From positions 1 through 49,721 of the forward strand of contig JAUVES010000001.1 of NCBI GenBank assembly GCA_030594675.1: a stretch of DNA of 49,721 bases, in the 5' to 3' direction. Source of the DNA: Candidatus Nanohaloarchaea archaeon (GTDB lineage Archaea > EX4484-52 > GLR71). The translations under genes were made by a program, and so were the position numbers. Every line of letters begins with the position of its first letter. Positions within the stretch are counted from its first letter, which is position 1. Below are positions 41,792 to 48,830 of this stretch, piece by piece. A model generated the notes under the pieces. That model searched no databases and was not told the origin of the DNA. It saw nothing but the letters and a program-made list of their open reading frames with translations.

Positions 41792-42385
41792 TTAAGCTGC
41801 TGCCAGAATTCCTCCTAAAGACGAATATTGACAATACCAATTAATCTGTCCCGTTGAAGTATCTCCATAAACAACCTCTATATCTCCAGGCATAAGAATA
41901 ACCCCTGGAGCTTGAATATCAGTAGCCTCCATCGCATCCAACAGGGCTATAATAGCCTCACTGAAATCCTTTGTCCAACGATAGAGAGTTCCAGTTGCAT
42001 CTCCAGTCGCATCTAAACCAGCACTAGAAAGATCTACATTAGTTCCACCATCAGTTGGATCTAGAATAAGCTTAATAGTCGTTGCCTGTGCTTGAATCAG
42101 CGTCGTAGTTACAACTCCAAAGATCTCATGAACCATAACAGGACCTCCAGTAATAGTCCAAAGACTCATAGAAGCCAGTGGCGAAACATCAGTAGTACCA
42201 GCAATAAATTCCTTTACCTCACCACCAACAAGCTGTTTCAAATAAGCCATCAGCGTCTCTGTCTCAGAAACTGCCCCAACAGCAGCTGCATCTTTCTTAT
42301 TTCCCACGACCTGATTCATGAAACTATTTGCAGTATTATCTGCAGCAGGCCTTCTCAGTCTATCTAATCCTCTTCCCAGTCCCAT
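41792..42385 (-). CDS. Hypothetical head-region protein (197 aa)
   Basis: Lies between the scaffold-like and capsid genes, downstream of M13. Confidence 0.55.
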   Translation of the reverse strand: MGLGRGLDRLRRPAADNTANSFMNQVVGNKKDAAAVGAVSETETLMAYLKQLVGGEVKEFIAGTTDVSPLASMSLWTITGGPVMVHEIFGVVTTTLIQAQATTIKLILDPTDGGTNVDLSSAGLDATGDATGTLYRWTKDFSEAIIALLDAMEATDIQAPGVILMPGDIEVVYGDTSTGQINWYCQYSSLGGILAAA

Positions 42386-42401
42386 TAGTTTACCATTATC
42401 C

Positions 42402-42424
42402 CTTCGTTCGATTTCCGAACATAG
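42402..42424. promoter_or_regulatory. 23-bp quasi-palindromic element M13
   Basis: CTTCGTTCGATTTCCGAACATAG, 16 nt upstream of ATG 42385. TTTAAC lies 2 nt upstream on the minus strand. Confidence 0.75.
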
Positions 42425-42437
42425 TTGTTAAAAGTTC

Positions 42438-42812
42438 TTAAGCAACGCCATCAAGAATAGTTCGCCATTCTTTGCCAGTTGAAAACAGAATAATATGATC
42501 ATCATCTGCATCCATATCTCCATTAGTAGCAAGTTCAGATCCAGTCTCCTTCTCATAAAGAGAAAGATCGCCACCAGTCGCGCCAACAGGAGCACAGACA
42601 TAGTAGAACTTTCCAATTGCATCTGCTAGTGAAGGTAATGTTACTATTGCAACACCATCCCCACCAGCATCAGTTGTATCGACGATAAGAATCCTGTCAC
42701 TTGGCATCATAGAATATGTTAGACCTGCAGCTACTGACAAAACTAAATGTCTTGGCAGACCTTCCAAATCTAACTGTGTATCAAAATCACTTCCACTTAC
42801 TCGATTATCCAT
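42438..42812 (-). CDS. Hypothetical head-region protein (124 aa)
   Basis: GGAGG precedes the ATG. Confidence 0.55.
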   Translation of the reverse strand: MDNRVSGSDFDTQLDLEGLPRHLVLSVAAGLTYSMMPSDRILIVDTTDAGGDGVAIVTLPSLADAIGKFYYVCAPVGATGGDLSLYEKETGSELATNGDMDADDDHIILFSTGKEWRTILDGVA

Positions 42813-42823
42813 CTTAAACCTCC

Positions 42824-43747
42824 TTATAATTCATCAAGTTGTTGTTGTAGTTTAGAGACCTTTCTCGCTTTCTTCCTCTGGCCTCCCTTTTGTTCTGCAA
42901 AAGCCGCATCTTCAGGTTTTGCAATCTTGGTTTTCTTAGCACTTTTAGGTATTCCAAGAGTCTTTCTGGCCGCCTCAGCAGCCATATTCAGAACATCCTT
43001 AAACGACTTATCAGGACTCTCCTGAACTATCTGAGATGCACATGCTTGAACTACTTGTCTTACATTACCAAGCTCAGGATTTGCACCATAGAATTCATCA
43101 ATCATGCTTTTTAACGCTATTGCACTATCAACTTGTGATGCAACAGTTTGAGAAACAGAAGAATCCACTGCAGCAGTTTGATCTTTACTTAAACTTTTTC
43201 CAGTCTCAATTCCCTTCTGAAGAACTTTATTCAAAAGTTCGTTCATAATCTCAGGTTTAGAAGCTACATCATCCATATCAAGTTCGCCAATAAAATCTTC
43301 AAAATCTGCAGTAGTTGTAATGGTTTCTTCAACTGCCTTTTCCTTAACAACCTCAGTCTTCACTAGAGCCTTAGTAACCAAAAGTCCACTTAGACGATCT
43401 ATCTCAGCTATCAAACCTTCTATTCTTTGCTGGCCATCCAAATCTTCAGACGCTTCTGACTCTGCTTCGCCTTCTTTAGTCTCTTCTGATCCCGCTTCCC
43501 CTGAAGTATCTGTTTCTTCTGACGTCTTTTCTCCAACACTTTCTTTTTCGCTATCTTCCTTCTCGCCATCAGATTCCTCCTCAGTTGTTTCAGTTTCAGT
43601 TTTAGCTTCATCAGAAGTTTCGTCAGAAGTTTCTTTATCATCAGAAGTATCTTCATCAGACTCCTCCTCATAAACTTCGCCAACGTCATTAACGTCATCA
43701 ATTTCGTCTAATTCTTCTTCAAGACTTTTTGTTACATCATCAGGCAT
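42824..43747 (-). CDS. Scaffolding-like protein (highly acidic N-terminal half)
   Basis: E/D/S/T-rich low-complexity N-terminus, helical C-terminus. Lies between the portal and capsid genes. Confidence 0.5.
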   Translation of the reverse strand: MPDDVTKSLEEELDEIDDVNDVGEVYEEESDEDTSDDKETSDETSDEAKTETETTEEESDGEKEDSEKESVGEKTSEETDTSGEAGSEETKEGEAESEASEDLDGQQRIEGLIAEIDRLSGLLVTKALVKTEVVKEKAVEETITTTADFEDFIGELDMDDVASKPEIMNELLNKVLQKGIETGKSLSKDQTAAVDSSVSQTVASQVDSAIALKSMIDEFYGANPELGNVRQVVQACASQIVQESPDKSFKDVLNMAAEAARKTLGIPKSAKKTKIAKPEDAAFAEQKGGQRKKARKVSKLQQQLDEL

Positions 43748-43997
43748 CGTTGTTTCCTCCCATTTGATCTATATCATAATTAGTTAACATGACTTTTCTA
43801 AAATCCATAAAATTTCTTACTGCCTCAGCATTACCTCCAAGACGATCTAGAATTCTCGATGAAAACTCTCCATCGTTATTCTCAAGTTGCATGTGAACCT
43901 CTGAAAGCCATACTTCAAGTTCTTCCTTAATATCTTTCCAAATAACAGATGATTTGAAAAATTCATCAAGTTGGCCTCTTGTAGAATGATAACTCAT
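43740..43997 (-). CDS. Hypothetical 85-aa protein
   Basis: TAATG overlap with the portal stop. Confidence 0.55.
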   Translation of the reverse strand: MSYHSTRGQLDEFFKSSVIWKDIKEELEVWLSEVHMQLENNDGEFSSRILDRLGGNAEAVRNFMDFRKVMLTNYDIDQMGGNNDA

Positions 43998-45931
43998 TAC
44001 TGGCCTCCCAGCATTTGTGAAATTGGAACTACGTTACCAGCCTCTGCCTGCTGAGCTACTTGCTCATTAGGAGCCATTTGAACTTTCGTAAACTCTTCAA
44101 TATTCTTAGCTCCACTGTTCCTAGCTATATGTTTAAAAATTCTCACAAGATCAAACTGTTGTTGGAGTTCAGGATGACTAGCAAGAACTTCAAACATCTT
44201 CATCCAAACACCTGAAAAGTTGCCGCCAGGAACTGATCCATCTCGAACCTTTACATCATAAGAAACAAGGAGATCATAAGGACTGACCTTCATCTGCTTC
44301 TTATCTCCAATTTGATACTCATGCATAAGAGTTTCTTGCCAACGACCAGTCGTCGAGACATAAAGCTCTTGACTCATAAACTGTTGAGTATGATAAGCAA
44401 ACATATAACCGATGTCTTGCATAGCCTGGACGCCTACGATTCTGGCAACTCGTTCAAGACGAGTATAGGCACCCTTTTGAGTTCCCTCGAACTCTTTCCC
44501 TGTCAGACGCTCAGGACCACCACTGCGAAGACTGCCCATCGTAGCAGAATCAGTTCCACCAATCTTATCCATCGCCTCCCTAATAATCGCAGCATCCGCA
44601 ACATGTCCACGAGTTACGTCAGTGACTCCAAGTTGCATAACAGAATCTTTGACACCACGTCCCCATGCAGGTCTTCGAGTTCTAACTATTCCTCCTGGTC
44701 TAGGAGTCTCCAGATCAGGCACATTGATAAGATAAGGATCCACAATAAGTGTGTCGTTGATAATCTTACGGACGTTCGCTACATGTGCATTAAACATCCA
44801 GTCAAGAGTATGTTGTAAGCCATAAAGAGTCTCCAATCTAGAAACTGGTGTCATAGCATAGCCATCAAAGTCAGGGGCAGCCACTGCTATTGGAAAAAGA
44901 TCATGACCAAGACCAATTGGCCTGGCCTCAATGATAACTTGATCTGATACAACTGAAAACATCCACTTTTCAGGATACTCATAGCTACCAAGCTTCCAAT
45001 CTTTAGGAATCAGCTTAACATACATATGCACGATATCATGAGGATGAGAAATATTACTCTCATAATCAGAAACAGCTGGCTGGCCCTTCTTCCATCTGGC
45101 AGACTGATCAGAAGGATAGATTGAAGTCTTCTTCCCTATCACATCTTTACAATACTTGACATTGAAAAGATACTCTGAAACCTGCTCCTCAGACAACAAA
45201 TCATGATAATTCATTCGATCTATCCAGCCAAAAAAGTCTCCCTTTTGACAATCTGAGATCGAGACATTAGGATCTGGCAAGCAGAGATAAGGATCAATAT
45301 TAGAAAGAGCATTTCCTTCAGCAATCAGTTCTCGCCTTGAGACTCGTTCAACTTTGTCTTCTCCAAACCACGGAGTAGTTATCTGACGTGAAAATACATT
45401 TCCATATTGCTTTCTCCAAGTTGGAGCTACAACTCCAAAACCATAAGAAAGAGAATCTCGAAACATTGTATGAAGATTTAAGATTGCTTTAAACTTATTC
45501 ACATGAAGATCAACAACTTTCTCCAACATGATAGCACCAATTGTGTCTTCAGGCGAAACTCCTTCATATCTGAAAACTGGCTCTTGGAAAAATGCTGCCA
45601 AAAGATAACTAAGAATTGTCTCAAGAATCGCATAAGAATAAGGATAAATTATTGAGACTGGTTTGCGATGATCTTCATCTTTGATATCTTCCTCAGCAGC
45701 ATCAGTATCAATATAAGTCGTCAGCGTCTCGTCAATCTTATTCCAAGAATCGAAGCGATGAGAAATAGTGTCAGCAGAATCTCTAGCATATCGCATAATT
45801 TTATCTCTCAACTCATCATGGAAAGCATAACCAGGACGAAGATCAAGACCATCAGGATAATCATAGTTATATTTGAGACTCCTCAACGAAGCATTGTTAC
45901 GTTTCTGTCTCGGGTCGATTATAGTAGGCAT
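43997..45931 (-). CDS. Portal protein (putative)
   Basis: 644 aa, located upstream of the scaffold-like and capsid genes. Assigned by size and position. Confidence 0.6.
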   Translation of the reverse strand: MPTIIDPRQKRNNASLRSLKYNYDYPDGLDLRPGYAFHDELRDKIMRYARDSADTISHRFDSWNKIDETLTTYIDTDAAEEDIKDEDHRKPVSIIYPYSYAILETILSYLLAAFFQEPVFRYEGVSPEDTIGAIMLEKVVDLHVNKFKAILNLHTMFRDSLSYGFGVVAPTWRKQYGNVFSRQITTPWFGEDKVERVSRRELIAEGNALSNIDPYLCLPDPNVSISDCQKGDFFGWIDRMNYHDLLSEEQVSEYLFNVKYCKDVIGKKTSIYPSDQSARWKKGQPAVSDYESNISHPHDIVHMYVKLIPKDWKLGSYEYPEKWMFSVVSDQVIIEARPIGLGHDLFPIAVAAPDFDGYAMTPVSRLETLYGLQHTLDWMFNAHVANVRKIINDTLIVDPYLINVPDLETPRPGGIVRTRRPAWGRGVKDSVMQLGVTDVTRGHVADAAIIREAMDKIGGTDSATMGSLRSGGPERLTGKEFEGTQKGAYTRLERVARIVGVQAMQDIGYMFAYHTQQFMSQELYVSTTGRWQETLMHEYQIGDKKQMKVSPYDLLVSYDVKVRDGSVPGGNFSGVWMKMFEVLASHPELQQQFDLVRIFKHIARNSGAKNIEEFTKVQMAPNEQVAQQAEAGNVVPISQMLGGQ

Positions 45932-45943
45932 TTAAAATCCCTT

Positions 45944-46291
45944 TTAAGGCATAATAGTTATAATAACTGGAGCACCTAAAGTTTCTATCACAATTGGATC
46001 TTTTGGATATGTCCATCTAAGATGATCAGATTCAGAACTCTCTCCACTAACATTATAAGCAGTTACCCAGAATTCATATCTAGTCTCAGACAGAAGACCA
46101 ATATCATCTAATTCAAATACCATAACATCACCTACATCTGTCTTAATAACATCATCAGGAGTCTGAAGTAGACAGTAGAAGACATTATAGCCGGTAGGAT
46201 CTCCATCGGAAGCGTTCCAACTAAGTTCCCAGGCATCACCAGAAGTCACTAATATTAAGAACATAAATAAACTAAGTAGCAAACTTTTCAT
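45944..46291 (-). CDS. Secreted or membrane-anchored FN3-like domain protein (115 aa)
   Basis: N-terminal hydrophobic signal MKSLLLSLFMFLILVTSG. FN3-like LSWNAS..GYNVFY...YEFWVTAYNVSGES. Confidence 0.55.
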   Translation of the reverse strand: MKSLLLSLFMFLILVTSGDAWELSWNASDGDPTGYNVFYCLLQTPDDVIKTDVGDVMVFELDDIGLLSETRYEFWVTAYNVSGESSESDHLRWTYPKDPIVIETLGAPVIITIMP

Positions 46292-46294
46292 AAT

Positions 46295-46507
46295 CTAAAT
46301 CTTTCCCTCATAATAAAATATTCCAGCAGTTCCAAGAACGCCTATAACACCACCAGTAAGAGTATCTCGAATATCAGAAACTACAAAGATTCCTACACAG
46401 ACAGCAATCAGAGGAATCAGAAGACCCAGAGCTCTCGTATAAGCCCTGATCAATGCTATTCTGTCCTCAAGTTCTTTTTCATTTTCAGCTTTAGTTTTTG
46501 TCTCCAT
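46295..46507 (-). CDS. Small membrane protein, two hydrophobic segments (holin-like)
   Basis: ATG 46507 follows GGGGAG. LGLLIPLIAVCVGIFVV and GGVIGVLGTAGIFYY. Confidence 0.5.
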   Translation of the reverse strand: METKTKAENEKELEDRIALIRAYTRALGLLIPLIAVCVGIFVVSDIRDTLTGGVIGVLGTAGIFYYEGKI

Positions 46508-46859
46508 CTTCTTTTTTCTCCCCAAAGGTAGTCTGAATATCTGGAATCTTTAGTTCCTTAATACTAATCGCAGATAAGTCAAACTCAAATAAGCGGCAAG
46601 ACTGTTTTGACATAAACTTAATACAAGCAGCATTATCAACACTCTTCGTCTGACGTAAAGTAGAACCTGCCATTAAGAATAATACTTTCATAGTTTTAGA
46701 ATCTTCCTTTCTTCTATAAAAATAACCTGTTGGATTTTGACTTATCATTAAAAGTCTATTAAGACATTCTTGAATCCTTGTCAATTCCAATCTAACAACA
46801 TTAAGATCTTTCGTAACTCTACCTAACTGCTCATTACAATAACACACAACTTTATTCAC
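46491..46859 (-). CDS. Hypothetical 122-aa protein
   Basis: ATGA overlap with the upstream gene. Confidence 0.5.
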   Translation of the reverse strand: MNKVVCYCNEQLGRVTKDLNVVRLELTRIQECLNRLLMISQNPTGYFYRRKEDSKTMKVLFLMAGSTLRQTKSVDNAACIKFMSKQSCRLFEFDLSAISIKELKIPDIQTTFGEKKEDGDKN

Positions 46860-47116
46860 TGGCCACCCTTAAAAACAGATATAAGAGCTTCTACAATTAA
46901 AAGTCCTACAGCTGCAACAACTGCCCAAGTAATCTTTTCTAACATGCCTAAGCGCAAATCATGAGTATCACATGGATTATCTGCTTGATCGTCTATAAGT
47001 TCTTTTAAATCTGTTTGCATATTACCCACTCGCTCGTTTAGAAGAATAAGTAACGTAGTAGGTTCGTCATCTTTTCTTCTTCTATATTGTTCATTTATAT
47101 CTCTTGGAACTTCCAT
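46856..47116 (-). CDS. Small protein with C-terminal TM segment
   Basis: AAAGGAAG precedes the ATG, directly downstream of M14. ITWAVVAAVGLLIVEALISVF. Confidence 0.55.
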   Translation of the reverse strand: MEVPRDINEQYRRRKDDEPTTLLILLNERVGNMQTDLKELIDDQADNPCDTHDLRLGMLEKITWAVVAAVGLLIVEALISVFKGGQ

Positions 47117-47126
47117 TCTTATCTTC

Positions 47127-47149
47127 CTTTGTTCAAAAATCGAACGGAG
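47127..47149. promoter_or_regulatory. 23-bp quasi-palindromic element M14
   Basis: CTTTGTTCAAAAATCGAACGGAG. Lies between stop 47151 and ATG 47116. TATTTA lies 2 nt upstream on the minus strand. Confidence 0.8.
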
Positions 47150-47150
47150 T

Positions 47151-47480
47151 TTAAATATCCTTGACCTTCACCCACATATAGAAAATGAACTCATAAGGCG
47201 TAATGCCATCAGGTAAAAGTTCGTTGCAAGTTACAATGAATTCAAGTTTAAATTTACCCACACAGCAAGCTTTGACTCCAAAACTAATAACTCCAGCACC
47301 GTCATGAGACACACCTCCGTTTAAAGTAGCATCTGCCTCATCATCGCTATTATAAATAGTATAAACGATAGTGCTGATAGTATTGGTTCCAAGTTCATCT
47401 GTTACGTCAATATCAATTTGAACTTCTTCCTCATACTCCAACGCTGGTGTTATAGTTTTACTAGGCTTTACAATAAGCAT
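47151..47480 (-). CDS. Hypothetical virion protein (109 aa)
   Basis: ATG 47480 lies 7 nt after GGAG. Confidence 0.6.
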   Translation of the reverse strand: MLIVKPSKTITPALEYEEEVQIDIDVTDELGTNTISTIVYTIYNSDDEADATLNGGVSHDGAGVISFGVKACCVGKFKLEFIVTCNELLPDGITPYEFIFYMWVKVKDI

Positions 47481-47490
47481 CAAAAGCTCC

Positions 47491-48051
47491 TTACGAAAGT
47501 TTCAAAGTGATACTCGTAGTCAGACTTTCACCATTACCAACAGTTCGAGCTTGGGAAAGATCCGCATAGGCAATCAGTTTATCGGCAGCATTGAGAACAG
47601 CCTCTAAAACTATTACATTAGCTGTATCCCAATCAGCAGCAGCTGCAGTGAATACACAGTTCTTTGACGTTACTTGCCAATCACCACTGTCAAGTGCAGC
47701 CGTCCAGTCTGCATTATCATGAGCAATAGCTACTTCAGCATAACCAGTTCCAGTTACAACTGTATAAGTTGTAGCAGTTTCAGCTATACTGCCTGCAGCG
47801 TCCTGAGCAAGATTAAGTTTGAAATTACTGGGAATATAGTTAGCTACAGCTTGAAACCAGCCCTTCAGAATTGCTTCTTCACCTTGGTTGATAAGAGCCG
47901 ATGCGTTTTCCCAGATAAGATTTCCACCTCTATCAAAATGTTTAGCTTTGACATATCCCAAAAGTTTTTTGTTTAGATTCTTCCTCAATATCCCCATATG
48001 CTTAGGAAAACCTAAAAGTTCTGGATATACTCTTTCACTATGTGGACTCAT
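47491..48051 (-). CDS. Hypothetical virion protein (186 aa)
   Basis: ORF in the fibre-gene region. Confidence 0.6.
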   Translation of the reverse strand: MSPHSERVYPELLGFPKHMGILRKNLNKKLLGYVKAKHFDRGGNLIWENASALINQGEEAILKGWFQAVANYIPSNFKLNLAQDAAGSIAETATTYTVVTGTGYAEVAIAHDNADWTAALDSGDWQVTSKNCVFTAAAADWDTANVIVLEAVLNAADKLIAYADLSQARTVGNGESLTTSITLKLS

Positions 48052-48056
48052 ATTTC

Positions 48057-48827
48057 TTACCCCTTTTCTAAATAATAAGTTTTAGTTCTTTCTATAAGTT
48101 CAAAACTATTCTCACGACCAATAAGTTCATATGATTGTCTTGTCGAAACTGTTGGATAACCGTCGATAGCTGTAAGACTCATAATCATAGAAATAAGCAA
48201 CTGTTCATAAAAAGTATCTGAAAGTTCTACTGACAGCTCCATTAAGATCAGCATTTCGTCTATATAGGCCTGAATGTCAGTCTCTGTAATTCCTATCGAA
48301 AGCAAGATAGTTAGAAGCTCAGAATATCCCTGATTATCAGTCTCAGAAACTGTAGAAGTTATACTAACCAACAAATCTGTATCATTAAGAGGAACACTAT
48401 CAAATACAGAGATAGTCAAAGTAGATGAAATACTTAAACTAGTCTCAATATAAGTCTGAACATCAGAGACACTTGGTGTTAATGCCAAAGATACTGATGT
48501 TTGAAGATCTTTATATGCTTGAATATCTGTTTCAGAAATACCCAGACTCAGATTTACTAAACGACTAAGTTCTTCAAATCCCAAAAAATCACTGATAGAA
48601 GTAGTTACAAGAATTACAACTAAAAGTTGTTTATCAGAATATACTTGAATATCAGTTTCTGAAACTGTCGAAACTATTGAAATAGAACGATTTTCAGCTA
48701 AATATATTTGAACATCAGTTATAGAAACAGTCGAAGTTATTGTGATACTTCTAAGTGTCTCATCATAGTTAGTGGCAAAAAACCATTCAACTTGAGCAAT
48801 ATTTTGTAATGATCTAATATCAGCCAT
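48057..48827 (-). CDS. Repeat protein (about nine 21-aa repeats, S-x-S-E-T-D-I-Q-x-Y type)
   Basis: STVSITDVQIY, STVSETDIQVY, LGISETDIQAY, PSVSDVQTY, STVSETDNQGY, IGITETDIQAY. Confidence 0.65.
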   Translation of the reverse strand: MADIRSLQNIAQVEWFFATNYDETLRSITITSTVSITDVQIYLAENRSISIVSTVSETDIQVYSDKQLLVVILVTTSISDFLGFEELSRLVNLSLGISETDIQAYKDLQTSVSLALTPSVSDVQTYIETSLSISSTLTISVFDSVPLNDTDLLVSITSTVSETDNQGYSELLTILLSIGITETDIQAYIDEMLILMELSVELSDTFYEQLLISMIMSLTAIDGYPTVSTRQSYELIGRENSFELIERTKTYYLEKG

Positions 48828-48830
48828 AGT

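Noticed and set aside
2694-47149. The 23-bp element as a T7-like single-subunit phage RNA polymerase promoter (it has the same length and gene-proximal position)
   Set aside because: No RNA polymerase-like gene or DxDGD / T7-type motifs are present. The element is palindromic and its minor asymmetry does not track gene direction, unlike directional phage RNAP promoters. An ECF-sigma -35 (GAAC) reading also fails, because the start codon is only about 10 nt downstream in most copies.
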